Position numbers and translations under genes: made by a program | Part shown: positions 40,048-53,776 of the stretch, in pieces | Layout of the letters: each line of letters begins with the position of its first letter | How positions within the stretch are numbered: position 1 is the stretch's first letter | Source of the DNA: Octopus sinensis | Taxonomy: Eukaryota | Assembly (NCBI RefSeq): GCF_006345805.1 | Contig: NC_043007.1 | Location: 75,888,001 to 75,952,000 of the forward strand | Direction of reading: 5' to 3' | Length of the DNA stretch: 64,000 bases | The notes under the pieces: model-generated | Told to the model about the DNA's origin: nothing | Database searches by the model: none | The model's input: the letters and a program-made list of their open reading frames with translations, nothing else

Positions 40048-42480
40048 GTAACAATGCAAGTCGAAATAACAAGAATAATACTAATAGTAATGATCATAAT
40101 ATTACAAGCATTAATAATATTATTCAGATAGACAATAACCAGAGAAACAGTAATAATATATTGACTGTTAACCCCAATAACATAAACATAAATCCTGTAC
40201 AATAACGTAGAAAGTGTAATTGTAGAATAAGTAATAATTGTGTATTTAATAATGACTGCATTTAAGGGTCAGGCAGTATAGAATATTCTTTTGTTTACAA
40301 CTTAACTAACCATAACTGTTTTCTACCTCCACTTTGAAGAGAAGCAATATGCTCGTGACCATTCGAGTCTGACGAATCGTCTATAAAGCTTAGCGAAAAC
40401 ATTGGTCATTTTATGACCGGACATATAGGCTCTAACTTTTAGAGTGTGCTTCTTTTCTCGGATATATGATCCACTGACAATTCGAAACACAGAATAGATA
40501 AAACAGTGGACAACTGATGAAGGAAATGTTTTTTATGTTGCCTGTCTCGTTTCTCTGTTTGTTTGTTTCTTTCGTTGTTCTAAAAAAGTTCGTTTTCAAT
40601 GTTTTTGTCTTTTATGTTCTTGTTTCTCATTTTGTCTACGTTTTTTTTAATGTCCTGTACCCATATATGCATGTATATATACATATATATGTAGCTATGT
40701 ACATATATGTATGTATATATGCATATATTTATATATTATTTATATTATTATATATATATTATTATATGATCGAACCCCACGCGTCTATTTTCATATACAT
40801 GAAATATATAGGGCAGCGAGTTTTTTAGAAATTTCCCTATCATATAATTTAGAGACAAATAACACGTGTCTCATTATTATATATTATAACAACAAATAGC
40901 TTACAAACTACAGAATTTTCTTAAGGAAGCCAAAAGAAAAAGATGTTTTATGTAACACATTCTACCAGTATACGAAGTTTAAAAGTGTTTAGTTACAAAG
41001 AAACTATTTTTTAAATCTGCCGGTCAAAGTGAAAAGATCCCACTATTTTATATTGAAAATATGCTGTCTATTGACTTTTTTATACATGCTAGGCCACTGG
41101 TAGTGAAATTTCTAAAAACTCGCTACCCTATATATTTCACGTATAGGATTTTAGCATTTTCAGAAGATTAGTTCGGCAATTTTTCATTTGCTGCCGACTG
41201 GAACTGCGCTTGCGCAGTGAATTTGAAAAAATATAATATATAAGGATGAGACACGTGTTATTTGTCTCTAAATTATATGTTAATGTTATGGCGCGGTCAC
41301 TGATGAGAATTTCGCCTCACACATTATTTTATTTGCTAAATAAAATTCGAAATCTAGGTATGACCGTAAAAAAATTACACGGTAAAAGTTTTATTTTTCA
41401 TTCCTTTTGAAATGGCTCAAATGCACTTTTTAATACTCAGTGCCAGCATAATTTAAGATATATAAAAAATGAACAAAAATCAACATACCAAACGAACAGC
41501 TAATGTATCCAGTGTAGCATATAGACTTGTTCAACTTTTATACATCTATGTAAAAGGCAGGCTTTTTCGAATTGCATCTCAGTACAACGTGTTTATTCTG
41601 AATAAAATTCAGCACTGAATATTCTCCAGTTAAATTTACAATTTAAAAATAGGATAAAATCTTTATAAGAATTTAACAAGTAGTTAGCGTGAAAAACCTC
41701 ATAAGGGAAAAATCCATCAATTTTTCCTCTTAAATATATTTATTTTTATTGAGGGCATAACTATACATAAATGTCACCCGCTAGGAGGGACTCTTAAAGT
41801 CAAAACTACCAACTTTACATAGATGTATAAAGGCTGAACAATTCTATATGTCACGCTGGATACATTGGGTGTTCGTCTGGTATGTTGATTTTTGTTCATT
41901 TTTTATATATCTTGAATTATGCTTTCACTGAGGATTAAAAAGTGCATTTGTGCATTAATTATGAAATCATATGATATGCAGCTGAATTCTGTTTTTAAAA
42001 TGCTCTCTTCGAGAGTTGCATTCCCACGTATTCGATACAATGTGTTTATTTATTTTGGTAGTTTTGACTTTAAGAGTCCCTCCTAGCGTGTGGAATTTAT
42101 GCATAGTAATGCCCTCAATATAAATATATATATTGTGTAAGATATAAGTTAAATATATATATATATACCATCTAAGGGATAGATGTACCCATAGGCACTC
42201 CTAGTGTATTAGCTCAGTATGTATGGTCCTTGTTATAAGGTATACTATAGTACGTAACTTAAAGGTAAAACCGTGGTTGCATATATATATATATGTATAG
42301 AGAGAGAGACGATAAGAAACAGAGTAATAATTAACAATGAGAAGTGGATCATTGGTGTTTTGAAGTCATTATTTAATTAGAATAAGAATAATAAATAATG
42401 ACTTCAAAACACCAATGATCCACTTCTCATTGTTAATTATTACTCTATTTCTTATCTTTCTCTCTCTCTCTCTCTCTCGT

Positions 42481-42554
<74 letters not shown>

Positions 42555-42560
42555 TATATA

Positions 42561-44071
42561 ATTAATCAATATAGGGTGCCAAAAAATTTTGTAGAATTTT
42601 TTTGCCACCAGCGGCCTAGTGGGAAAAAATTAAATAGTCATAGACCATTTTTAAGTTCAACATCACAATCAAGGAACGGCCATAATAGGCCATTCACCCA
42701 CTAGAAATAACAGCCAAAGCTTCAACCGCAAATAAACATCAATCCGTAAACCAGGAGAAAATTAAAAAACATTACCCTGTAATTTCTTATACGATGCACC
42801 GTTTCATCTACTGTTTAATGTAAACTAACCTGATTAAATTAAATCAAGCCAATCTTCCATAGCCCTTAGAATCATCAGTAAGAAATAGCCAAGTCGGAAC
42901 AGATATTTTCACGAGGCATTTCCGACCCTGCTCGGCAATATCTGACCTGAAATTTTCAATCATCGCACTCGCGCCAAATTTATCGGCAGCAAATAAATAT
43001 AAGCCGCCGATTCCATTACGGAATTAACCACAAAATTCATAATTAATCAATATAGGGTGGCAAAAAATTTTGTAGAATTTTTTTGCCACCAGCGGCCTAG
43101 TGGGAAAAAATTAAATAGTCATAGACCATTTTTAAGTTCAACATCACAATCAAGGAACGGCCATAATAGGAAATTCACCCACTAGAAATAACAGCCAAAG
43201 CTTCAACCGCAAATAAACATCAATTCCGTAAACCAGGAGAAAATTAAAAAACATTTACCCTGTAATTTCTTATACGATGCACCGTTTCATCTACTGTTTA
43301 ATGGTAAACTAACCTGATTAAATGCCTCGTGAAAATATCTGTTCCGACTTGGCTATTTCTTACTGATGATTCTAAGGGCCTATGGAAGATTGGCTTGATT
43401 TAATTTAATCAGGTTAGTTTACCATTAAACAGTAGATGAAACGGTGCATCGTATAAGAAATTACAGGGTAAATGTTTTTTAATTTTCTCCTGGTTTACGG
43501 AATTGATGTTTATTTGCGGTTGAAGCTTTGGCTGTTATTTCTAGTGGGTGAATGGCCTATTATGGCCGTTCCTTGATTGTGATGTTGAACTTAAAAATGG
43601 TCTATGACTATTTAATTTTTTCACACTAGGCCGCTGGTGGCAAAAAAATTCTACAAAATTTTTTGGCACCCTATATTGATTAATTATGAATTTTGTGGTT
43701 AATTCCGTAATGGAATCGGCGGCTTATATTTATTTGCTGCCGATAAATTTGGCGCGAGTGCGATGATTTGAAAATTTTAGGTCAGATATTGCCGAGGCAG
43801 GGTCGGAAATGCCTCGTGAAAATATCTGTTCCGACTTGGCTATTTCTTACTGATGATTCTAAGGGCCTATGGAAGATTGGCTTGATTTAATTTAATCAGG
43901 TTAGTTTACCATTAAACAGTAGATGAAACGGTGCATCGTATAAGAAATTACAGGGTAAATGTTTTTTAATTTTCTCCTGGTTTACGGAATTGATGTTTAT
44001 TTGCGGTTGAAGCTTTGGCTGTTATTTCTAATGGGTGAATGGCCTATTATGGCCGTTCCTTGATTGTGATG
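42561..44071. repeat. Tandem + inverted fold-back array of a ~480-bp unit inside (TA)n
   Basis: U(42561-43040), partial U(43041-43320), reverse-complement partial U(43321-43685), reverse-complement U(43686-44071). Confidence 0.9.
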
Positions 44072-44096
44072 ATATATATATATATATATATACATA

Positions 44097-44915
44097 CTGG
44101 GTTGGCAGCTAAGTTCCCGCCGTGTTTTAAATTTAAATTTTTCAAAAGTTTTAATAAAAATAACGACTAATTAATCAATAATGTATTCACCCTTGTTGTT
44201 TACAACTTCTTCCCAACCTTCAATAAGATTTTCAATACCTCGTTGGTAGAAGTCACCTGATTTCGACTTGAAAAATTGATCCAACCAAGCTCTCAATTCT
44301 GCATCAGTATTGAACGGAACTCTGCACATATTTGAAAAAGATCAAAAGAGGTGGAAATCTATTGGTGTCAAAACAAGAGTGTACGTTGAGTGTGGCAGCA
44401 CTTCCTAGCCATGCGTTTGAATGGCTTCCTTAGCCATATTGGCGATATGAGGGTGGGCGTTGTCATTTGTCGTTTGACGAGAATTTTCGTGCAAAAGTTG
44501 GTTTAATTGCTCTTTATCGAACTCAACTGGACGGTCAGAATGAAGTGCATCTTTGAGGTCAGAATTTCCATTTTTGAACTTGGCATACCAATCACGAGCA
44601 GTTCTTTCAGCTATGGCACCCTCTCCATACACAGTACAAATGTCGTGAGCAACTTTTGTGGCCTTAAAACCTTGATTAAAAGCAAAAATGAGGTGTCGAA
44701 AATGCTCGTTTTTCTTAACTTGACAATCCATTTTAATGATCTAAAAATAAACAAAAATTAACTAAAATTAACTACAAAAAAAAACAACAAAAACAAAATG
44801 ATTCCAAAATGATTCAAAAATAGAATTCTCAAACAAAAAAATAGATTCTAAAATTCAAAAACGCAATAAATTCAAAAACTTTAAAAAATGGGCAGTAACT
44901 TAGTTACCAACCCAA
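44097..44915 (-). mobile_element. Mariner element, internally deleted
   Basis: TIRs (C/T)TGGGTTGGCAGCTAAGTT / AACTTAGTTACCAACCCAA with TA flanks. The ORF fuses the HTH region (WYAKFKNG..RP) directly to DNAHPH. Confidence 0.9.
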
Positions 44916-44931
44916 TATATATTTATATATT

Positions 44932-45334
44932 ACTCTTTTACTTGTTTCAGTCATGTGACTGTGGCCATGCTAGAGCACCGCCTTTAGTCGAGGAAATCGA
45001 CCCCAGGACTTATTCTTTGTAAGCCTAGTACTTATTCTATCGGTCTATTTTGCCGAACCGCTAAGTTACAGGGACGTAAACACACCAGCATCGGTTGTCA
45101 AGCGATGTTGGGGGGACAAACACAGACACACAAACATACACACACATGCATATATATATGTATACATATATACCACGCCCCCCAAGCCTCCGCCCACCAA
45201 ATCCACCCACAAGGCCCCGGTCGGCCCGAGGCTACAGTAGAAGACACCTGCCCAAGGTGCCACGCAGTGGGACTGAACCCGGAACCATGTGGTTGGCAAG
45301 CAAGCCCCTTACTACACAGCCACTCCTACGCCTA
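44932..45334 (-). mobile_element. SINE family A
   Basis: Reverse complement of 8740-9170. Confidence 0.87.
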
Positions 45335-45364
45335 TATATATATGTATATATATATATATAGTTA

Positions 45365-45565
45365 ATCCAAACAAGAAAGCACAAAGAAAACACAATAACG
45401 CGAGGATGTGGAACAAATATAGTATTATTGGACGCTCAGGAAAGAAGGAGGGTCTAACGTTTCGAGCGGAGCTCTTCGTCGGAAACAGGAGAAGGAAAGA
45501 TCCAGAGAAGGGAAGACAGAGGAAAAAAAATTGCCAACGGTACACACGCGGTCACATTTTATATG

Positions 45566-45570
<5 letters not shown>
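45365..45570 (-). repeat. Short PLE-terminal-type repeat with a hammerhead-like motif
   Basis: The minus strand reads CCGACGA-A-GAGC-tcc-GCTC-GAAAC-GT and is bounded by (TA)n. Confidence 0.5.
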
Positions 45571-45603
<33 letters not shown>

Positions 45604-45654
45604 CATCCATCCATCCATCCATCCATCCATACATACATACATACATACATACAT

Positions 45655-46015
45655 TATGGCTGCCTCCTCGTTATCGAGTATGGCCATTGCACGAAGCTTA
45701 ACTGTTACTGGTGCTGTGATCGAATGTGACTTTTTAGCCCAGCCAAAGATCTACAATGTCTTGTATAGAATTGGCAACTAAAACCTTTACTGGTAATAGC
45801 CGGCTGTAGTTGTAACTGGGCTTCATGTACCTTTGCATGTCGTTTAAGTCCTCCTGCCGAATTACACTCTCTTCCACATACCTGACAGATATAATTAGTA
45901 TGGTGTGTTACACCACCACCAGTGGCCAGGTTGTCACTCATCTGTCTCGCTTTATGACTATGAAGATGACTCTTGAGTCCAGCTTTACTGAGGCAGGGTC
46001 TTGCACAGACACTGC
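45655..46015 (-). mobile_element. RTE LINE 3' end with three C2H2-like fingers
   Basis: Three C-x2-C-x3-C-x-S-x2-GL-x2-H-x3-H units (the third degenerate) with no TGEKP linkers, followed by a short RTE-like 3' UTR. Confidence 0.6.
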
Positions 46016-46984
46016 ATACATACATACATACATACATACATACATACATACATACATACATACATAAATGAGTGAGTAGACAAACGAAAGAAAGGCACTC
46101 AACACATTTATTGGGAGTTACATGTATAGATTAAAAGTGTTTGGTCAAACTCATTGGTACTCTAAGTTTCAAGCGTGTGGCTAGTCTTTGGCTATTGGGG
46201 TCTGAATAAGGATTCGATTGAAAGAGTCAATGTTTATTACTGGACGTTAGCCTGTGATTGATCGAGAAGGTCACGCGGTATATCGGTTTAATGTCAGTAT
46301 TTCAGCAACAACAATTTGTTGGAAAACACCATATTGGTGAACAGGAAATCGACCACATGGTGGATGAGAAATTGGTCGTGTGGTTGGGGGAAAGTAGATG
46401 TAGGAGTATATATGTGTATGTACATGTATATGCCTATATATCTGCGTGTATGCATCCGTACGAGTGTGTATGTATGCTTAGATGTGCATTCACACATCTG
46501 TGCGTGCGCGCGCACACACACACACACACACACATACACACAAACACCGACAGACACACACACGCGTGCACGCACATATACACACACATGTACGCACACA
46601 CACACGTATACATACATTCACACACATGCAAACCTTTATCTCCATGTGCATAGGCACCCGAACACGCGTGTGTATGTGTACATACACACGCATGGGTGCT
46701 TATGTACACCCGTGCACACACATCCGTACACATGCATACTATGACCAGATGCATATACGCGCTCATATACATACGCACACGCGAGTATATATATTCGTGT
46801 CGTCATGTTCAAGGGGTTATGTGCAAGGGGTGAGAGTCTGCAGGTAGACAGGCATGGAGAAGAGTTGGGATTGGTGATTTGTTATGCTGTTCATGGGGGT
46901 TAATTTGTGATGGTGACCTTGGTGCAGGCCGTGCTAGGGGTTGCTGGTACTAAGGAGGTATATCTGGGTTATCGGCAGCCAGTG

Positions 46985-47290
46985 GCATGAAATTTATCAA
47001 GAGGATTTATCTATGGTGACAGCAATATGATACCTCATATTTTTTGTTGATAGATACTGTGGGTTGGTAGATGATATGCAGTTTTTCGTGGGGGTACAGC
47101 TGGCACTTAGGGGCACTGGATGAATATGGTGGCACCCTGTCAATAAAAGTCCACTTGATGTTGGGTGTTTTGTCTTGGAGGTCACGAAGTCTCCAGAGAA
47201 AGCACAATAGTGAAGTGGGGTTCTCTCTGTACCTGAATCTAATCTAAATGAATGCAAGTGCTAGGAATATCTTCCCTTGAAGATATTGGC
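46985..47290 (-). mobile_element. PLE GIY-YIG C-terminal fragment (Hydra/Nematis-type; clade uncertain)
   Basis: IKWTFIDRVPPYSSSAPKCQL..EKLHII....INKKYEVSYCCHHR. Confidence 0.65.
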
Positions 47291-48544
47291 TACCATGCCC
47301 GTATAATGCCCAGTAATGCCATCGGATGGTGTAATGGTGGCTCTGTATACCTACAGCCCTTAACATCACATCAACAGGCGTAAAACGCATCCACAAAACC
47401 CCCAACCCCTACCTGTAACTCTGAAACTCTACCACCTCCCCTCTAGGAGGATCCTGCCTCTTAAGGATGTGTGAATGTATATCAAACTGTTTTGATCTAT
47501 ATATGTAGCCATGTAAGAGTTGATATGTGGGTTTGATTCTGACAGGTTAGCTCATCATTTTCAGTCAATTTGTTTATATATAAATGTCACTTTAAATTGG
47601 AGAATATATATTATTATCATGATATATTATCGTAGTTATTATTGAACTAATAGTCTTTCATAGTTGCTTTCTCTCTGTAACTTACAAAGCCTACTGGTTT
47701 GTTTATAAATATGGCTGAAATTGATGGGTAAGTGTTTGGCCCAATCATGCAGCCATGTATGCATTGACATGTGGGTTTGATTCTGGCTAGGACTAGCTCA
47801 TCATTTTCAGTCAATTTGTTTATATATAAATGTTGCTTTAAATTAGAGAATATATATTATTATTATGATATATTATTATAATTATTATATATTAAAAGTA
47901 CACAGAGGCTTGACAAAGTCAGTAATGAAGGGTTGCTCTGTCAGGTGGAAAGGCAGATTGCATGGTGCCTGTGTATGTACAGCTATATTGCATGACAATG
48001 AGATATGGACAATGACTAATGAAGCCAGTATGTTCTGATGGATGGCTAGTGTCAGTGTGACATTTTCTGATCACATAAAAACCATGGCTAGTAATAATCT
48101 AGTCTTCTAGAAAGAAGCAACTGTAGAAAATGTGGGTATGAAAGTAGTTCTACCAGAAAGTCAAAGTTGTAGGAAGGAAGAATTGTGTGAAAATGCTTAT
48201 TATAAAGTCAGTGGGTATAAGTTTCAGATACAACAATAGAAGAAGAACTAGCTACCATGGATGAACTTACTATTTCAGCAGTGAAGAGTCTGTTGTACTA
48301 ATGTTGTGTAACTTTAACACTTTAATTACAGATGGTCAAATTATTTAACTACCTTTTTTGAGTTACTTATTTTTCTTAATTTTAATCCTGTTTCCTCCAA
48401 GAATATAAACTTTATAATATTTATATTAATGATATTTGAAAGTTAAGAGTATTTGAAAAACAGCAAAAGCCCCATTTTCTTCGTTCATAATTAAGTTTTT
48501 AAAATTTTCTTTGTTTTTAGAGAAGTCTCACACAAGCACTGAAG

Positions 48545-48754
48545 ATGGCTGTTGGTTTCAAGTACGCTTCAATGACAATAACAGGAGCAATACATTTTAC
48601 TCTTGGAATACTCTGTCTCTGTATTTCCATAGTTGGTTTTTCAATAGACATTTATAGAAGAAGATATTTCAGTAGAGATATGGATAAGAGTAATTACTTG
48701 GTTAATCATGTAGCCAAAGTTACTGCTGCTGGATCATTTATTGCAAGCCTGTAT
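48545..48754 (+). CDS. Coding exon 1 of CD20/MS4A-like gene B
   Basis: ATG at 48545, 70 codons with TM1 (TGAIHFTLGILCLCISIVGF) and the start of TM2 (AAGSFIASLY), phase-0 donor GTAAGT at 48755. Confidence 0.8.
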
Positions 48755-50070
48755 GTAAGTATTAATATTGTTTGTGACAGCTGTATATTGATCAAAGATC
48801 TATTGTTACATCAAAATTTTCTAATTGTTAATACTGATGGAAAAAATTCTTTAGACGGATGATTGATTTAGATTTCAAATTGTTTCTTTATTTGTTGTAA
48901 GATTTGGTGGGGGGAGGCATAATCTGACAGTTAGGAGTAATTGAAACCTACCCAAAATGGTTTGAAGTACTCCCAACCTGAACATGCAATAAAATACCTT
49001 ACAACGGAAATCAAACTTTCAAATATGTTTTAACCCTATCCTAACATAACATAGCTGAGTTTACATGGATATAATAATTGCATTTTATTGGAAGAAAAGG
49101 ATTGATTAGTTTTTTATTGTTTCTTTGCTAAAATTGTTAAGCTATTCTCTTCATTTTACATTTGCTTTTGCATGCTAGTAACAGCAGGATGGGACAGGTC
49201 ATCACAGTCCTAGTTAGATGTAATTTAGGTTTAACTTCTCTACCATGGCATATAGATCTGAAATTCTATAATGTTTTTCATACATTATTATACCAATGAT
49301 ATCTTTTAAGTTGATAATTTTGTAATATTAATAACTTTTTAAAGTTATAATAAAATCTGAGTTGCATGCAATATAATTTAGATATAAAAAAATTGATCTC
49401 ATTAGTTGACAACATTCATTATGAGAAAATAGTCAACCAATGTAATGTCAGTGTGTGTGGGACATAGTGATCAACTTGCATGAATGAATGTCTCTTCTAA
49501 GAATAGACAATGAGAAAATTATAAATCATAGCTCAGCATGTTTGAGTTGAAAATAAGTGATAAAACAGTTACTCATTCATGTAAATTTCACAGAGACATT
49601 TTCTTGGAATGGGTTGAGAATGATTTTTGTACAATTGGTGGAAAGAATGCTAAGAGGACTACCAAAGTTGTTGAAATTGATGAAAATTATTTTCTTTATT
49701 AAAAACACAAGGTTTGTAAAATGAGCTCACTTCAGTAAGTATTTTGTGGAATGGAGTGTGGTACAAAGACATGTTTCCTTGAAGCTGTTCTTGACTGAAA
49801 AATATGGATGTGGTATCCTAGCATGACTGAAACTTTAAAGCTGAACATTTTAAAGAAATTAAAGAAAATATATTTGATCATATCTGTCAGAGTTGACTAA
49901 ATATGAATTTGAAATACAAATTTGATTCCTTAAAAAAAGGGATGGCCACAGTTGGAATGCATTGCTTTATATATTTTCTCAGTCAGAATATGAAGAAAGA
50001 ATGGAAAAGTGAGAAAATCAAGTTCTTGATCCCCTTTGTAATGGAGAGGAGACCAAAGTCTATGAGATAG

Positions 50071-51730
50071 TTACTCGTTTTGTAGAGGATGGAGTCTTAT
50101 GTTCAACAAAAAGAGCCTGCCTATGTGCTGGCATTTGCTAAAAATATCAAATCTAGAATTAAGTAGTACTATGGAATTCTTCCATCTGAAAAGAATGCAT
50201 GATCTTTCGGCTATGCATAACTTGCATCTCTCTGATCCATTTCTATATGGCATAGATTTCTCCATGGTGCTCCAGTTGATTGTATGTGGTATGTACTTGT
50301 TCCTCGGAGACGCGCCAATTAATATGAAGGATTTCATATATTCAAAACTGACACTCCCCTCATCAGGATATTTTTTACACACAATACACAATACATGGAA
50401 ACAAATGTACAATTACATACCAGCTATGTGCGAGAGAACACAGACATTACATATACCCAACCTTCATATAGATCAAATTTGGCTAGGTCAGGATTTGGTG
50501 GTGCATTCTTATATGATTTTAAATTATAGAATTCAGAACTTTCAGTTTGGTTTGTAGTGCTGGTCTTCATAATTTCATCTTTCCACTTCGAGTTTCTGGA
50601 CTTATCAAAATAAAAGGCACACCATCTAAGTCTAGATATAATTTCACTGGTGTTATGCAGGAGAGCTTCCATGTATAAGTTCTTCGATGGACTAGGTATA
50701 TTTCTGGTAGAAACGCCCAAGTATTGCTTCTCCATTAAATCCAGTCCGTATTGTAGCACTCCAAAGAGTCAAATATAAAATACAAAATACACAATTATAT
50801 CTTGAGATTGCTAGTAATAACAATACTCGAAATATAAAACAGACTGGAGTTGTAGTGCTCCAAATGAGCTATATTCCACTTCTTAATCTGAGCAGAGGCA
50901 ATGCAACTAGTAACTAAAAGAACATTACTAAAATCAACACAGAAAGATCAAATACATGCATATATTCATATATTCATTTATATCTACAGAACAGATATAA
51001 AGTCTCACGTTTAAAAATATAATAATATATAAATAAATAAACATCATATAAAATATAAATATATAAGAATTAGTGTTGCATACAAAACACAGTGAATTTA
51101 TGCTTAAAATCATAAAACATTTGGTAAATTAAAAATTTGGGATAACAAAACACATATAAAGGACATATTAAAATGACACATTAAAGTTCCAGAAAAAATA
51201 AAAATACAAAATTTACAAAATTGTTCATCTACGGGCCATTACGGAGATGCACCAATTAATATGAAACATTTCATATATTCAAAACTGACACTCCCCTCAT
51301 CAGGATCTTTTTTACACACAATACGCATGGAAACAAATACATGGAAACAAATGTACAATTACATACCAGCTATGTGCGAGAGAACACAGGCATTACATAC
51401 ACCCAACCTTCTTATAGATCAAATTTGGCTAGGTCGGGATTTGGTGGTGCATTCTTATATGATTTTAAATTATAGAATTCAGAACTTTCAGTTTGGTTAT
51501 ATAGGGTCCACTTTGAATAAAATTAAATCAAGAGTATCTCAACATATGAATTCTTTTAGGAATTAAAATCTAATAAATTCAACAGGTCTCAGTAAATATA
51601 TTTGGGACCTTAAATCTAGATCTATTAAATATAAATTAACTTGGGAGATTATTTGTAGGGCTAAATCATATTGTATAGGGAGTAATTATTGTTCACTGTG
51701 TAAAATTAAATGTAAATATAAATTAAATTA
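50071..51730. mobile_element. Rearranged PLE fragments (Hydra/Nematis-type): minus-strand N-terminus and EN tail, ~240-bp direct repeat, plus-strand GIY-YIG fragment
   Basis: Minus strand: STRNIPSPS..ISRLRWCAFYF and INWSTMEKSMPY..RCKLC..LLNSRFDIFSKCQH. 50321-50556 repeats at 51251-51496. Plus strand from 51497: YIGST..SQH..GLSKYIWDLK..TWEII..CSLC. Confidence 0.72.
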
Positions 51731-52479
51731 CCTATATAATAGGTTTAGCTAATAAATAAATGATTATATAAATTTATTAAGATATATTGATTATAGTAAT
51801 TTTATTTAAATATAATATATATATATTTTACTTACTTATTATTTAGACTTTAAATTTATAGTAAATAGTCATTTAAAATTAAATGCTAACATATTTACTT
51901 ATATAATACATTTAACTTATTTTTCAGTATGTATAAAACCTTATTTCTTTTTATGTTATTTATTTCTTGTATATATAATTTAATAGTATTAGAGTATAAT
52001 TTACTACATTATTATATGTTATATTAATATATTTGAACAATATTAAACTTAAATATTTCTTAATACATAAATGATTATATATAATTTTATTAAGACCAAT
52101 TAGTTATAGTAATATAAATTAATTTAATATTATATATATATTTTACATAATAATTATTTGGAACTTAATTTATAGTAAACTGTCATTTATAGTAAAATGA
52201 TTTTATAGTAAAACATCATTTGTTATTCTATTTTTCTTATTTTTCTTTAATTCATGAAGCTTAAATATTTTTCATCTTTGTCATTTATAAATAGTTTTCT
52301 TCATTTTCATTGATAATTTTATTCTATTTGTTTACACAACGTCTTCATGAGTTTAATATCTTATAAACGTTAAGACCTACTTTTTTACATTTAAAATTCA
52401 GTTATATTATTTTCATCGACAAGCTAAGTAACGTTTTTGTTTATCAATATCATTTGGCTTTTGAATTGTATTGGGTTCG

Positions 52480-52512
<33 letters not shown>

Positions 52513-53115
52513 GTTATTATTATTATTATCATTACCATTATTATTATTATTATTATTATTCTTATTGGTATTATTATTGTTGTTGAAATATTAATTTTAT
52601 ATATAGTTTCTTGATAGCTATTAGTTATGATATCTATTTATTTAGTATGCTTTATTATTATTTTTATAATGTGATTTAGCGCATTACATATAATCTAATT
52701 TGAGAATCAGTTTTTGTAAGACAATACATTATTTAATAATTAGGTGGTATATTTATTACGTAGTATTACATTTAAGTAAATTAGTTTTATATTAATTAAT
52801 ATTTTGGACAACTATATTATTGAATGAAATATTAAATCTATAGATACTACATATATATCAATAACTTAGTTAGTTTATTTAATGGGGGTGTGTATATTTG
52901 AACCATTTCCTATTTTTGATTCCAGTATTTATGGCTTGTACTAGCATTGTGTATATTACTTAACATTAAGGTTTTTAGTATAAATTGCTTAATGGGTATG
53001 AGACTTTATTTGGATGTTTATTAAATAAATAAATAAATTAATTAATTAATAATTTGATTTAATGTATATAGTTTAAATTGTAGTATTTAGTTTTCACTTA
53101 ATGTATATTTTGTAT

Positions 53116-53171
<56 letters not shown>

Positions 53172-53563
53172 ATAAATATTTTAATTAATTGTATCTTATT
53201 TTTAAAGCAAGAATATATTTAAGATATTTTGTATTTTACAAGATTATTTACGTATATTTATTAATTTATCTAATTAATTATTTTATCATTGTTGTTATCT
53301 TTAATCTGAAGAGTGGCTATATTTATATTGAAGTGATTTTACTACTACTACTATTATTTTTACTATTATCATTTCTTAAATATAGCCACAAAACACGTGT
53401 TGTTATTCTACCAAATATATACATTTTATTTATTATTTTGCCCATTACTTAATCATCGTTGTATGTTTTATCTTATATTTAATCTTTCTATAATATGTAA
53501 TCTTTCTAAATGGTATAATTTAATTTTTCATTATTGAATTGATAAAAGGTGTTTTTTTTTCTA

Positions 53564-53624
<61 letters not shown>

Positions 53625-53690
53625 TTGTGAAATTCGATTTAGTATTTCTAAATTGAATTTTTCCCTGTAAGTTTGGAATGATATTCCCTC

Positions 53691-53735
<45 letters not shown>

Positions 53736-53776
53736 GAGAAGAACAACCAGTTTTAAGTCTGATTAAGATCTATATA

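Noticed and set aside
50325-50370. Minus-strand CTGATGA...GAAA (also at ~51270-51305)
   Set aside because: No stem II pairing; at best a remnant.
51730-53760. Extremely AT-rich 2-kb tract, with ORF 53189-53452
   Set aside because: Low-complexity sequence with no structure or domain I can support.
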